Position numbers and translations under genes: made by a program
Notes under the pieces: model-generated
Database searches by the model: none
Seen by the model: only the letters and a program-made list of their open reading frames with translations
What the model was told of the DNA's origin: nothing
Shown here: one piece after another, positions 8,074 to 17,929 of the stretch
How positions within the stretch are numbered: position 1 is the stretch's first letter
Layout: each line of letters begins with the position of its first letter
Assembly (NCBI GenBank): GCA_002796245.1
Contig: PCWT01000064.1
Coordinates: 19,822-83,821 of the forward strand
DNA: 64,000 bases
Reading direction: 5' to 3'
Source: Gammaproteobacteria bacterium CG11_big_fil_rev_8_21_14_0_20_46_22
GTDB taxonomy: Bacteria; Pseudomonadota; Gammaproteobacteria; UBA12402

Positions 8074-8808
8074 GTGGCCTTCATGGTAAAGTTAGAATCG
8101 GTATTACAGTTTGCGGCAGGTGATGAGCGTTATGAGCGCATTAATGCTTTTCCTGTCACGGTGTATGCGAAGGACGGTACGGGCCGTTATCTCGCGGGTA
8201 ATCACTGTATTTCACGCTTGGCGGGCTTAAGTTCTGTCTCTGATCTATTAGATAAAACGGATCGTGAGCTTTGCTGGGGTGCGAGTTTTGATACCTTGAT
8301 CGCCAATGATCATGAGGTTATGGATCGAGGTGAGGCTTTGTTTCGTATTGAGCCTGTGGTGGATGCTCTGGGGCATGCGGTGAATATGTTGTCCTTGAAG
8401 CTGCCTGTTCAAAACTTGGCCGCAGAGTGTGTCGGTGTGCTGGGTATTTCTTTGAACCCCCTGGATTACAGGGCTTCAGACTTTTTTGATATGGTGGCCC
8501 AAATTGCTCAAAGCTTTGGTGCCAAGCAAGACTTACCTCAGTTTGCTCAGGCTGGTGCAGCGCCTGTGGTCGATGCTCGAGAAATCCTGTTAAAACGTTT
8601 AACCCCTAGAGAACAAGACTGTGTGCGATGTTTGGTCAAGGGCATGAGCGCCAAGGAAACCGCGCAAGTTTTGAATTTGTCGTATCGCACCATTGAAGTC
8701 TATTTCGAAAAAATCAAATCCAAGCTCGGTGTGCACAAGAAAACCGAGATTCTAAGCTTGTTGTATGACAACGAAGCCTTACTGCTTAACGAAACGTCGT
8801 TTAAATGA
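8074..8808 (+). CDS. LuxR/FixJ-family transcriptional regulator with an N-terminal PAS-like sensor domain
   Basis: The C-terminal HTH is LTPREQDCVRCLVKGMSAKETAQVLNLSYRTIEVYFEKIKSKLGV. The N-terminal ~120 aa have a PAS-like layout (VYAKDGTGRYLAGNHCISRLAGL...DKTDRELCW...DHEVMDRGEAL). The start may be the ATG at 8083 rather than the GTG at 8074. Confidence 0.8.
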   Translation: MAFMVKLESVLQFAAGDERYERINAFPVTVYAKDGTGRYLAGNHCISRLAGLSSVSDLLDKTDRELCWGASFDTLIANDHEVMDRGEALFRIEPVVDALGHAVNMLSLKLPVQNLAAECVGVLGISLNPLDYRASDFFDMVAQIAQSFGAKQDLPQFAQAGAAPVVDAREILLKRLTPREQDCVRCLVKGMSAKETAQVLNLSYRTIEVYFEKIKSKLGVHKKTEILSLLYDNEALLLNETSFK

Positions 8809-8945
8809 TCTAGCCCCGATTTTTTGTTCTGGTGTGGTATGTCTTCTTTGTGGGTTGCTTTGGGCTTAACTGCATAAAAGCGCTGTTCAACTCAGGCGCT
8901 TTTTGCTAGCATGCATTGCTAATTTCATTAGCAGGAGATCAGACC

Positions 8946-10409
8946 ATGATCCGCCTTTCGACCGATGCCCTGACCTTTGATGACGTGCTCTTGTTGCCCC
9001 GCGAATCTCATGTGTTACCCAAGGATGCCAAGCTCGGCACCCAGCTTACGCGCGGTCTGCGCCTCAATATTCCTTTGTTGTCTGCGGCTATGGATACCGT
9101 GTCCGAGGCGCGTTTGGCCGTGGCCTTGGCGCAGGAAGGTGGTTTGAGTGTGATCCATAAAAACATGAGCCTAGAGGCGCAAGCCGATGAGGTTCGACGG
9201 GTGAAGCGCTTTGAAAATGGCGTGATCAATGATCCGATCACGGTGGGCCCTGATTGCCGTGTGGGGGATCTCATGGCGCTCACGCAAAAGAATAATTTTT
9301 CTGGTGTGCCGGTGGTTGATGGCGATAATGATCTGATTGGTATCGTCACCAGTCGTGATATGCGCTTTGAAACCAACTTCGAGCAGCCTGTAAAAAATAT
9401 CATGACGCGTAAAGAGCAGCTCGTCACGGTGCGCGAAGGAGCGAGCAGTGAAGAGGTCATCGCCTTGATGCATGAGCATCGTATTGAAAAAATTCTAGTG
9501 GTGAACGAAGCCTTTAAACTGCGTGGCATGTACACCGTTACCGATATTCTAAAGGCTAAAGAAAAGCCGCAAGCGGCAAAAGATAATCGCGGGCGCTTAT
9601 TGGTGGGTGCGGCCGTGGGGGTGTCGGATAAAGAAAAGGCGCGAGTAGAAGCTTTAATCGCAGCGGATGTGGATGTGATTGTGATCGACACGGCGCACGG
9701 TCATTCAGCCGGTGTAATTGACCAAGTGGCTTGGGTGAAAAAACATTTTCCGAATGTGCAGCTTATCGGTGGCAATATTGCGACTGCTGATGCCGCTAAA
9801 GCGTTGCTCAAAGCGGGTGTGGATGCGGTGAAGGTTGGCATCGGTCCTGGCTCTATTTGCACCACGCGCATTGTCACGGGGGTGGGCGTGCCACAAATCA
9901 CGGCTATTTCCAGTGTGGCGAAAGCTTTAAAAGGCAGTGGTGTGCCTTTGATTGCCGATGGCGGTATTCGTTTTTCAGGCGATATTTGTAAAGCGATTGC
10001 CGCTGGTGCGAACACGGTGATGGTGGGCAGCTTGTTTGCTGGCACAGATGAAGCGCCAGGCGAGACGATTTTGTATCAAGGCCGATCCTACAAAACGTAT
10101 CGCGGCATGGGCTCTTTGGGGGCGATGACGCAAGGCTCTAGTGATCGTTATTTTCAATCGAATGTGGCCGAAGATAAGTTAGTGCCAGAAGGCATTGAGG
10201 GTCGCGTGCCGTATAAGGGCAGTATGTTGGGTGTGGTGTCTCAACTGATGGGTGGTTTGCGATCGTGCATGGGGTATTTGGGGTGTGAAAGTATTCCTGT
10301 GCTCCAAAACAATGCGGAGTTTGTGCGTATCTCTGCAGCCGGCATGCGCGAAAGTCATGTGCATGATATTACGATCACCAAACAAGCGCCGAACTATTGG
10401 GTGGAATAA
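8946..10409 (+). CDS. guaB: IMP dehydrogenase
   Basis: Contains [10 protein letters not shown], a tandem CBS insert, [11 protein letters not shown] (catalytic Cys loop), [11 protein letters not shown] and GSLFAG. The ATG at 8946 has a GGAG SD. The ORF-track start at 8916 is probably too long. Confidence 0.97.
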   Translation: MIRLSTDALTFDDVLLLPRESHVLPKDAKLGTQLTRGLRLNIPLLSAAMDTVSEARLAVALAQEGGLSVIHKNMSLEAQADEVRRVKRFENGVINDPITVGPDCRVGDLMALTQKNNFSGVPVVDGDNDLIGIVTSRDMRFETNFEQPVKNIMTRKEQLVTVREGASSEEVIALMHEHRIEKILVVNEAFKLRGMYTVTDILKAKEKPQAAKDNRGRLLVGAAVGVSDKEKARVEALIAADVDVIVIDTAHGHSAGVIDQVAWVKKHFPNVQLIGGNIATADAAKALLKAGVDAVKVGIGPGSICTTRIVTGVGVPQITAISSVAKALKGSGVPLIADGGIRFSGDICKAIAAGANTVMVGSLFAGTDEAPGETILYQGRSYKTYRGMGSLGAMTQGSSDRYFQSNVAEDKLVPEGIEGRVPYKGSMLGVVSQLMGGLRSCMGYLGCESIPVLQNNAEFVRISAAGMRESHVHDITITKQAPNYWVE

Positions 10410-10411
10410 AC

Positions 10412-11950
10412 GTGCAACACGATACGATCATTGTTTTAGATTTTGGTTCACAGTACACACAGCTCATTGCCAGGCGTGTGAGAGAGCTTGGTGTGTATTG
10501 CGAGCTGTATCGTTATGATGTCGATGAGGCTGTGATACGGGCGTTATCCCCTAAAGGTATTATTTTATCCGGTGGGCCAGAAAGCGTGACGCTGGATCAT
10601 ACGCCACGCTCACCGCAATGGGTGTTTGATTTAGGCGTGCCGGTGCTTGGTATTTGCTACGGTATGCAAACCATGGCGGAGCAATTGGGCGGCAAGGTTC
10701 AAAGCGCTGCGGTTAGTGAGTTTGGTCATGCTGAGATTCAGCCCATGGCGGCGAGTCCTTTGTTTGGTGCGCTTAAAAATTTGAATGTTTGGATGAGTCA
10801 TGGCGATCAAGTAATAGAGGTGCCGCCAGGTTTTTCGGTGACGGCAAAAACCGCTGACGTGCCGATTGTTGCGATGGCCGATGAGTCGCGCAAACTTTAC
10901 GGCGTGCAATTTCACCCCGAAGTCACGCACACACCCGATGGCCAAGCTTTTTTGTCTGCTTTTGTACAAGAGCTTTGTGGTGCAGGTGCAAACTGGACGC
11001 TGGACAATATTATTGATACGCAAATTGCGCTGGTGCGCGAAAAGGTCGGGCGCGATCAGGTGTTGCTCGCATTATCTGGCGGCGTGGATTCATCGGTGGT
11101 TGCCATGCTCTTGCATCAAGCCATTGGTGAACAGTTGGTCTGTGTGTTTGTCGACACGGGGCTTTTGCGTTATCAAGAAGCCGAGCAGGTGATGGCAACG
11201 TTTTCTGAACATCAACATATTCGTGTCATCAAAGTTGATGCGCGCGAGCGTTTTTTTGAGGCTTTAAAAGGCGTCAGCGATCCTGAAGAGAAGCGCAAAG
11301 TGTGCGGTAAATTGTTTATTCGGATTTTTGAAGAAGAGGCGAGCAAGCTTAAAGGGATAAAATGGCTGGCGCAGGGTACGATTTACCCGGATGTGATTGA
11401 GTCGGCGGGCAACAGTACCCAAGCGGCGCACGTGATTAAATCACATCATAATGTGGGCGGTTTGCCCGAAGACATGCATTTAAAACTGATTGAGCCATTG
11501 CGTGATTTGTTTAAAGACGAAGTGCGCAAACTCGGTGTGAAGCTGGGCTTGCCGCACGCCATGTTGTATCGCCACCCTTTCCCGGGGCCGGGGTTAACGG
11601 TGCGTGTCTTGGGTGAGGTGAAGCCTGAGTCTGTCGAGATTTTGCAAAAGGCAGATCATATTTTTATTGAAGCACTGCGTGAGCACAATTTATATGACGC
11701 TGTTAGCCAGGCGTTCGCGGTATTTTTACCGGTGAAGAGTGTGGCGGTAAAGGGTGATGCGCGCGCGTATGAGTACGTGATTGCTCTGCGTGCGGTGGAA
11801 ACAGTGGATTTCATGACAGCCACTTGGGCAGAATTGCCGCACAGTTTTTTAGCGAAAGTCTCCAGCCGCATCTGCAATGAATTAAAGCATGTTTCTCGCG
11901 TAGTGTATGATATTACGGGCAAGCCACCGGGTACGATTGAGTGGGAATAA
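10412..11950 (+). CDS. guaA: GMP synthase (glutamine-hydrolysing)
   Basis: Contains [24 protein letters not shown], the GATase motifs GICYGMQ and VQFHPE, the ATP-PPase loop SGGVDSSV, and the C-terminal [10 protein letters not shown]. The GTG start lies 2 nt after the guaB stop. Confidence 0.97.
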   Translation: MQHDTIIVLDFGSQYTQLIARRVRELGVYCELYRYDVDEAVIRALSPKGIILSGGPESVTLDHTPRSPQWVFDLGVPVLGICYGMQTMAEQLGGKVQSAAVSEFGHAEIQPMAASPLFGALKNLNVWMSHGDQVIEVPPGFSVTAKTADVPIVAMADESRKLYGVQFHPEVTHTPDGQAFLSAFVQELCGAGANWTLDNIIDTQIALVREKVGRDQVLLALSGGVDSSVVAMLLHQAIGEQLVCVFVDTGLLRYQEAEQVMATFSEHQHIRVIKVDARERFFEALKGVSDPEEKRKVCGKLFIRIFEEEASKLKGIKWLAQGTIYPDVIESAGNSTQAAHVIKSHHNVGGLPEDMHLKLIEPLRDLFKDEVRKLGVKLGLPHAMLYRHPFPGPGLTVRVLGEVKPESVEILQKADHIFIEALREHNLYDAVSQAFAVFLPVKSVAVKGDARAYEYVIALRAVETVDFMTATWAELPHSFLAKVSSRICNELKHVSRVVYDITGKPPGTIEWE

Positions 11951-12403
11951 ATGAAACCGCGTGACGAAGAATTTATGCACGAAGCCTTGGCGCAAGCGCG
12001 CTTGGCTGAACTCGCCGGTGAAGTGCCGGTCGGCGCGGTGCTGGTGAAAGAGGGTCATATCATCGCCAAAGCCCATAATCAGCCGATTAGCGAATGTGAC
12101 CCCACAGCCCATGCCGAGATTCAGGTTTTGCGCCAAGCTGCTAAAGCCTTGGGTAATTATCGCCTGCTGGACACCACCTTGTATGTAACCCTAGAACCTT
12201 GTGCAATGTGCGCCATGGCTTTGGTGCATGCTCGGGTTAAACGGCTGGTGTTTGCGGCTAGCGATCCGCGTACGGGTGCTTGCGGCAGCGTGTTTCAGCT
12301 TGCCAGCAATGAAGCCTTGAATCATCGTTTGAGTATTGAGTCAGGTGTGTTGGCAGAGTCAGCCTCATCACTGCTTCAGGCTTTTTTTAAGTCGCGACGC
12401 TAG
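11951..12403 (+). CDS. tadA: tRNA adenosine(34) deaminase
   Basis: Zinc motifs HAEI and LEPCAMCAMAL are present, and the gene abuts the guaA stop. Confidence 0.93.
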   Translation: MKPRDEEFMHEALAQARLAELAGEVPVGAVLVKEGHIIAKAHNQPISECDPTAHAEIQVLRQAAKALGNYRLLDTTLYVTLEPCAMCAMALVHARVKRLVFAASDPRTGACGSVFQLASNEALNHRLSIESGVLAESASSLLQAFFKSRR

Positions 12404-12427
12404 AAAGCCTTTTTTATTGCCGCTACA

Positions 12428-13570
12428 ATGAGTCATCTAAAAGGATCGTGTTCAATGACAGGGACCATCGAGTTTCAACAAACCAGTGCTGAGCTCTCTG
12501 TTGTATTGGCAGGTGAGATGACTAAGGCGACGGTGCCGGCTTTGTGGGCTGAGTTGCTTGCTCATGCCAAAATGCCTCACCCGGCCCAGCTTTCCATTGA
12601 TGTGTCCGCGGTGTCTCATTACGACCTTGCGGGCCTTATTCTCATTGACTCTATCCCCAGTTTTTTTTCGGCGCCAAAGCCAGTTATTCAGGGTGCAGAT
12701 CAGGCCTTACTCGATGGCTTAAAGCGCGTTGAACCCGAGGTAAAAAAAGCCGAGACCCTGGAAAAGAAAAAAATATTTGCCAGTATTCCAAGTGATATGG
12801 GTCGCGCAACTTTGTTTATTGTGGATCAGGTTTGCCAGAATTTAATTTACACGGGCGCAGTTTGTCATTTTCTTTGGCAGGCGATTAGGCGTCCGAAGCT
12901 TTTACGTTGGCGTGATGTGTTTCGTGTCATGGAAGATACGGGGCCGAATGCCTTGCCGATCATTGCTTTGCTCGGTTTTATTATTGGTTTAATTTTATCG
13001 TTTCAAGCCAGTGTTCAGTTGCAAAAATTTGGTGCGACGATTTTTGTCGTAAACCTTGTGGGCATTAGCTTGGTGCGTGAGCTCTCGGCCTTGTTCACAG
13101 CGATTATTTTAGCGGGGCGCACGGCCTCTTCGTTTGCGGCTGAAATTGGCACGATGAAGGTTAACCAAGAGTTGGATGCGCTGTCGACCATGGGCTTATC
13201 TTCTGTGCGCTTTTTGGTCATACCGCGCGTTATTGCAGTGACATTGATGCTGCCTTTGCTCAGTATCTTTATGAGTTTTTTTGGTTTGCTAGGTTGTGCG
13301 GTGTTTATGCGGGCAACAGAAGTGCCTTGGGAGATTTTCTTGCGCCAGCTTGAAGGCGCAGTAACCATGGGTGATTTTTGGGGTGGTTTGTTCAAGGCGG
13401 TTGTGTTTGGCATCTTGGTTGCAGCGATCGGCTGTGCCAATGGCTTGAAAACCGGCAATGGTGCAAGCGCAGTGGGTCAGTCCACCACGCGTGCGGTGGT
13501 GGGGACTATCGTCACATTGATTGTGGTCGATGGTTTGTTTGCGGTTTTATTTTACTGTTTGAGTTTATGA
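12428..13570 (+). CDS. MlaE/YrbE-family ABC permease with a fused N-terminal STAS-like domain
   Basis: The N-terminal ~100 aa (IEFQQTSAELSVVLAGEMTKATVPALWAELL...IDVSAVSHYDLAGLILI) look like an anti-sigma-antagonist/STAS fold. The C-terminal ~260 aa carry MlaE motifs (VRELSALFTAIILAGRTASSFAAEIGTMKVNQELDAL). Confidence 0.85.
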   Translation: MSHLKGSCSMTGTIEFQQTSAELSVVLAGEMTKATVPALWAELLAHAKMPHPAQLSIDVSAVSHYDLAGLILIDSIPSFFSAPKPVIQGADQALLDGLKRVEPEVKKAETLEKKKIFASIPSDMGRATLFIVDQVCQNLIYTGAVCHFLWQAIRRPKLLRWRDVFRVMEDTGPNALPIIALLGFIIGLILSFQASVQLQKFGATIFVVNLVGISLVRELSALFTAIILAGRTASSFAAEIGTMKVNQELDALSTMGLSSVRFLVIPRVIAVTLMLPLLSIFMSFFGLLGCAVFMRATEVPWEIFLRQLEGAVTMGDFWGGLFKAVVFGILVAAIGCANGLKTGNGASAVGQSTTRAVVGTIVTLIVVDGLFAVLFYCLSL

Positions 13571-14328
13571 GCAAGACGATGATTACAGTGAACGATTTGG
13601 TCGTTAGCTTTGGCGAAAAGCGTGTTCTGGACCGTATTTCCTTCGATGTAAGGCCTGGCGAGGTGTTTGTCATCCTCGGTGGTTCTGGTTGTGGTAAATC
13701 GACTTTATTGCGTCACTTAGTGGGTTTGCGTGAGCCGCAAGGTGGACAGATTATCATTAATGGCCATGATATTACGACTGACAGCTTAGAGAATATGGAT
13801 AAGGCGATTGAAAGTTTTGGTGTGATGTTTCAATCGGGCGCATTATTTGGCTCAATGACCTTGCTTGAAAATGTGCGTTTACCGCTAGAGGAAAAAACCG
13901 AGCTGCCACGCAAAGTGATGGATGAAATGGCGGCCCACAAGCTGCGTCAAGTGGGGCTTGGGGATTTTTTGCATTATGTGCCGGCTGAAATCAGTGGTGG
14001 GATGCAAAAGCGTGCGGCCATTGCACGTGCGATGGCGCTGGATCCGCCCATGTTGTTTCTGGATGAGCCGTCTGCTGGTTTGGACCCCATTACCTCGGCT
14101 AAGCTTGATGAGCTGATTCTAGAGCTTTCAAAAACTTTGGGTGTCACTTTTGTGGTGGTTTCGCATGAATTGCCGAGTATCTTTGCTATTGCAGATAGGG
14201 TCATTATGTTGCAAGATGGAAAAATTGTGGCCGAGGGCGATCCGCGGGATCTGCGAGATCATTGTGAACAACCTTTTGTGCGACAATTTTTTCATCGCGA
14301 GTCAGATAAGGCCAGTGTGAATGGATAG
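13567..14328 (+). CDS. MlaF/Mkl-like ABC transporter ATP-binding protein
   Basis: ATGA overlap with the permease stop. Walker A is GGSGCGKST, the signature is ISGGMQKRAAIARA, and Walker B is LFLDEP. Confidence 0.92.
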   Translation: MSKTMITVNDLVVSFGEKRVLDRISFDVRPGEVFVILGGSGCGKSTLLRHLVGLREPQGGQIIINGHDITTDSLENMDKAIESFGVMFQSGALFGSMTLLENVRLPLEEKTELPRKVMDEMAAHKLRQVGLGDFLHYVPAEISGGMQKRAAIARAMALDPPMLFLDEPSAGLDPITSAKLDELILELSKTLGVTFVVVSHELPSIFAIADRVIMLQDGKIVAEGDPRDLRDHCEQPFVRQFFHRESDKASVNG

Positions 14329-15091
14329 CCGACGAGAAACAGATTATTTTCGCATAGGGGTGTTTGTCGTCATTGCCATCGCGTTGATCGTTATCGCCAT
14401 TTTTGCTTTTACGGCAGGTAATTTATTTTCTTCACGCCTTTATGTGGAAACGTATTTCAATGAATCAGTGCAAGGGCTTTCGCCGGGTTCTGTTGTCAAG
14501 TATCGCGGTATTGATATTGGTGAAGTGAAGAAAATTAAACTCGTTTCGGCTGAGTACAATTTGCCTGAAAATGAAATGAATTCGAAGTTCGGCCGTTATA
14601 TTTATGTTCTACTTTCTTTGGATCCGCATTTTATGCCGGGGTTAACGACGAAAGAGTTGGCTGATACCTTGCGTGAAGATGTGGATGAGGGCTTGCGCGT
14701 TAAGATGAGTTTGAAAGCCTTAACGGGGGGCGCGTACGTTGAGCTTAATTTCGCAGATCCCGGTCAAGCGCCGATGCTGCCGATTTTATGGAAGCCACGT
14801 TATTTGTACATTCCCTCTGAAACCAGTACGTTGACGCGCGTGGGTGACAGTGTGCAGGATATTTTAAACGGTTTGAGCAAGGTGGATTTCCAGCGTTTAT
14901 TCACGAATATGCAGGACTTGGTGACGCGAAGTAATACCTTGGTCACAAAAGTCGATAACCTGTTGGATCGCACGCAAGATGGTGTGGTCGCCACGGTGAA
15001 TAATACACAAGCGATTACGTCTAGGCTTCGTAGCAGCCCGTCAAGTTTGTTGTTTAGTAAGCCTCAGCAAGTTAACCCGAGGGATTTATGA
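14321..15091 (+). CDS. MlaD/MCE-domain substrate-binding protein
   Basis: An N-terminal TM segment is followed by an MCE core (VQGLSPGSVVKYRGIDIGEVKKI). The gene overlaps the upstream gene by 8 nt. Confidence 0.85.
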   Translation: MDSRRETDYFRIGVFVVIAIALIVIAIFAFTAGNLFSSRLYVETYFNESVQGLSPGSVVKYRGIDIGEVKKIKLVSAEYNLPENEMNSKFGRYIYVLLSLDPHFMPGLTTKELADTLREDVDEGLRVKMSLKALTGGAYVELNFADPGQAPMLPILWKPRYLYIPSETSTLTRVGDSVQDILNGLSKVDFQRLFTNMQDLVTRSNTLVTKVDNLLDRTQDGVVATVNNTQAITSRLRSSPSSLLFSKPQQVNPRDL

Positions 15092-15702
15092 TGCGATGGT
15101 TAATGCTACCGGTTTTGTTGGCAAGCGTATTACTTTCGGCTTGTGTGAATTTTGGCGATAATTTGGCGCCGCAAAAAACCTACATGCTCGCTGTGCCTGC
15201 CCGTCAAACCCCTGAGAAAACACTCACGAAAGCGACACTCTCTGTGTCAGAAATATCAGCGGCCGCACCGTATAATATGAACTCTTTTATTTACCGTGTG
15301 AGTCAGTCGCAATATCTTAGCGATTATTTTCATGTGTTCATGGTGAATCCGGGTGAGCAAATGACGGACTTGTTCTCGCGTTATTTTGCTGGTCAAGGTT
15401 TGTTTGAGAATGTCAGCACATCGGGCACGCAGGTGTTAAACCCTGACTATACCCTGCAAGCGCGCATTTTGGATTTGTATGCCGATTATCGTGATCGTAC
15501 CCATCCAAAAGCAGTGTTGTCTTTGCGTGTTAAGTTGTATTATGGTCAAAATCATTTATTGAAATTAAATCATGTCTTCACGGCAATCACGCCCTTGTCG
15601 GATAAAACCAATCCGGCTTTGGTGAAGGCTTGGGATGCGGATTTGTTGAAGATTTTATCCCAATTAAGTGTCCGTGTTCGACACGTAGTCCTTGAGTCGT
15701 AG
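15088..15702 (+). CDS. ABC-type transport auxiliary lipoprotein (PqiC/YmbA-like)
   Basis: It has a lipobox signal peptide (LLASVLLSAC), is about 200 aa, and is the fourth gene of an Mce-type operon with a 4-nt overlap. Confidence 0.7.
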   Translation: MMRWLMLPVLLASVLLSACVNFGDNLAPQKTYMLAVPARQTPEKTLTKATLSVSEISAAAPYNMNSFIYRVSQSQYLSDYFHVFMVNPGEQMTDLFSRYFAGQGLFENVSTSGTQVLNPDYTLQARILDLYADYRDRTHPKAVLSLRVKLYYGQNHLLKLNHVFTAITPLSDKTNPALVKAWDADLLKILSQLSVRVRHVVLES

Positions 15703-15785
15703 CTATAGCCCACCTCATACTGTGTTGCAAGCTCATTCATCATCGGTCATGTGTTTCTCTGATAACCTGGGAACACAAAACCCGC

Positions 15786-15907
15786 CTGGCCTTGAGTGTT
15801 GCGTGTCCTCATTTCAAGGACGCCATAAACCCATCCCTGGGGGCTCTGGGTTCGGCTTCCTGCCTCACACAGCCTTGAAATGAGGACACGTAAATCTAGC
15901 GGCCAGG
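15786..15907. repeat. Long imperfect palindromic intergenic element
   Basis: A perfect 17-bp inverted repeat: GTGTCCTCATTTCAAGG (15803-15819) pairs with CCTTGAAATGAGGACAC (15873-15889). The outer arms are CTGGCC and GGCCAG. Confidence 0.7.
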
Positions 15908-15942
15908 CTACGTAAGACGGTATAAAATAAAAAAGAGATTGA

Positions 15943-15970
15943 TAAAAAAAGCCGGTCAGTGACCGGCTTT
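15943..15970 (-). terminator. Rho-independent terminator of the rpsP-rimM-trmD-rplS operon
   Basis: Stem AGCCGGTC / GACCGGCT. On the minus strand a T-run follows it (the complement of the A-run at 15944-15950). Confidence 0.8.
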
Positions 15971-15975
15971 CGAGA

Positions 15976-16350
15976 TTATTTCTTGTCGCCTTTCTTTTTC
16001 TTGTGATCAATGCGCTCTTTAATGCGCGCAGAACGACCACTGCGTTCACGAAGGTAATACAAGCGAGCTTGGTTTACATCGCCTAAGCGGTCAACACTGA
16101 TGGTGTCGATCAAAGGGCTGTGTGTTTGGAATGTACGTTCAATGCCTTGGCCGGCAGTGATTTTACGAACGATGAAGTTAGAGTTCACGCCGCGGTTACG
16201 TTTGCTGATGACAACGCCAGTAAAAGCCTGTAGACGCTCACGCTCACCTTCTTTCACTTTGACTTTCACAGTCACTGTGTCGCCTGCGCGAAATTTAGGG
16301 ATGTCGGTACGCATCTGTTCTTGTTCAAGTTGTTGGATAATGTTGCTCAT
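15976..16350 (-). CDS. rplS: 50S ribosomal protein L19
   Basis: [43 protein letters not shown] is the canonical L19 sequence. Confidence 0.97.
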   Translation of the reverse strand: MSNIIQQLEQEQMRTDIPKFRAGDTVTVKVKVKEGERERLQAFTGVVISKRNRGVNSNFIVRKITAGQGIERTFQTHSPLIDTISVDRLGDVNQARLYYLRERSGRSARIKERIDHKKKKGDKK

Positions 16351-17093
16351 TACTGTTTACCTTGTTCGTCAATAAATTCGTTTAATAACGTCGTTTGCTC
16401 TTTGCTCAATGTGAGCTTATCGAGCAGGTCTGGCCGCTTGAGCCAGGTCATCCCGAGAGCTTGTTTTTCACGCCAACGCGCGATCGCCCCGTGATTGCCG
16501 CGCAATAATACATCAGGAACCCCTTGATCTGCAAGCTTTTCTGGTCGAGTGTAGTGAGGATATTCCAACAAACCTTGGCAAAAGGAGTCTTGCTCGGCTG
16601 ATGTGTTGTCGCCTAGGGCGCCGGGCATCAGGCGCAGGCAGGCATCGATGACGGCCATGGCCGGAATTTCACCACCGGTGAGGACAAAGTCGCCGATCGA
16701 AAGCTCGGCATCAATGTCGGTTTTTAAAAGCCTGGCATCAATGCCCTCATAACGACCGCAGAGTAGTATCCACGGACCAGATTTACTCATTTTTTGAGCA
16801 ACGCCTTGTGTGAATGGCTCGCCTTGGGGGGAGAGGTAGATCACCTTGGCTTGTTCGCCAAGCGAGGTTTTTGCCGCAGTAATCGCTTTGCGCAAGGGCT
16901 CAACTTTCATGAGCATGCCGGGCCCGCCACCATAAGGCTTGTCATCCACTGTGCGGTGTTTGTCGTCGGTATAGTCTCTAGGGTTGAAAAAATGCAGCTC
17001 GGCGAGAGGTTTGTCTAAAATTTTGCCGGTGATGCTGTGCTTGAGGGTTTCAAACATCTCAGGAAACAGCGTAATCAGGCCGATGTTAAGCAT
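16350..17093 (-). CDS. trmD: tRNA (guanine37-N1)-methyltransferase
   Basis: [14 protein letters not shown] ... [12 protein letters not shown] ... [12 protein letters not shown]. The start at 17093 overlaps the rimM stop. The ORF-track start at 17162 is too long. Confidence 0.95.
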   Translation of the reverse strand: MLNIGLITLFPEMFETLKHSITGKILDKPLAELHFFNPRDYTDDKHRTVDDKPYGGGPGMLMKVEPLRKAITAAKTSLGEQAKVIYLSPQGEPFTQGVAQKMSKSGPWILLCGRYEGIDARLLKTDIDAELSIGDFVLTGGEIPAMAVIDACLRLMPGALGDNTSAEQDSFCQGLLEYPHYTRPEKLADQGVPDVLLRGNHGAIARWREKQALGMTWLKRPDLLDKLTLSKEQTTLLNEFIDEQGKQ

Positions 17094-17604
17094 CGTCTTG
17101 TGCCTCATCCCAGTCAACACAGATGCGTCTCGCTTTTCGGTCAACCTGGGTGATGAAATCACCCAGGATGAAGGGGATCAGTTGGCGTTGTTTGCGGTTG
17201 GCTGATTTCACGGCTAGGATGTCGTTAGCCCCCGTGTTAAAAAGCTCATCGACAGCGCCCAAAAGTTGCCCATGCTGGTCGATGACTTCAAAGCCTTTCA
17301 GCTCGTGCCAGTAATATTCTCCTTCATCGAGGCTGGTTAGTGCGGTTTCTGGCACCCAGATTTCTCGGTTAGTGAATTCGCGGACCTGATCACGGTCATC
17401 AAAGCCCCGGATGTGGGCAATGATTTGGGAGCCTTTGGCTTGGCATTGTACACATTCGACGGCTTTGTATTCGCCATGTTTGGTTTGTATAAACCAAGGG
17501 TAGTCAATGATTGCCGAAGTAGGTTCGGTGTGAGATTGGACTTTGATGTCGCCCCGGATGCCAAAAGGGGCACAAAAGCGCCCCATGATCAAATAATTGG
17601 TCAT
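17086..17604 (-). CDS. rimM: 16S rRNA processing protein RimM
   Basis: Assigned from its position between rpsP and trmD, from GRFCAPFGIRGDIKV, and from a PRC-barrel-like C-terminus. Confidence 0.9.
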   Translation of the reverse strand: MTNYLIMGRFCAPFGIRGDIKVQSHTEPTSAIIDYPWFIQTKHGEYKAVECVQCQAKGSQIIAHIRGFDDRDQVREFTNREIWVPETALTSLDEGEYYWHELKGFEVIDQHGQLLGAVDELFNTGANDILAVKSANRKQRQLIPFILGDFITQVDRKARRICVDWDEAQDDA

Positions 17605-17612
17605 TATGAAAC

Positions 17613-17870
17613 TTATGCCGCTACAGTGGCTTTTTTCGCTTGTTTCAATAATTTGGCCACACGCTCAGACATTTTCGCGCCTTTAGCGATCCATTGCTCC
17701 AATAGATCAACGTTTAATGATAATTCTTGTTCTTGGCCTTGAGCGACAGGGTTGAAGAAACCCAATTTTTCGATGTTGCGGCCATCACGTGCATTGCGGC
17801 TGTCAGCTACAACGATATGATAGAAAGGCTTCTTTTTGGCGCCACCGCGTGAAAGTCGAATCGTTACCAT
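17613..17870 (-). CDS. rpsP: 30S ribosomal protein S16
   Basis: [31 protein letters not shown] is the canonical S16 sequence. Confidence 0.97.
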   Translation of the reverse strand: MVTIRLSRGGAKKKPFYHIVVADSRNARDGRNIEKLGFFNPVAQGQEQELSLNVDLLEQWIAKGAKMSERVAKLLKQAKKATVAA

Positions 17871-17929
17871 GATATTCCTCGTTTAAGATATAAGCTCTCG
17901 TAGAAAGGCGCCCATTCTACCAGATTTTT

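Noticed and set aside
9008-9691. A 227-aa minus-strand ORF and several 60-130-aa ORFs antisense to guaB, guaA, glnA, der and other conserved genes.
   Set aside because: They lie entirely inside well-supported conserved genes, have low-complexity Arg/Ser/Thr-rich translations and lack SD sequences. They are typical antisense open frames, not genes.
13378-13566. A 63-codon N-terminal extension of the MlaF-like ATPase ORF.
   Set aside because: The extension overlaps the permease gene in another frame. The conserved ATPase N-terminus begins at the ATG at 13567, which forms an ATGA overlap with the permease stop.
15692-16049. The 63-aa plus-strand and 100-aa minus-strand ORFs spanning the palindromic element after the Mce-type operon.
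   Set aside because: Both are generated by the inverted-repeat element itself and overlap the rplS terminator and 3' end. There is no SD and no coding-like composition.
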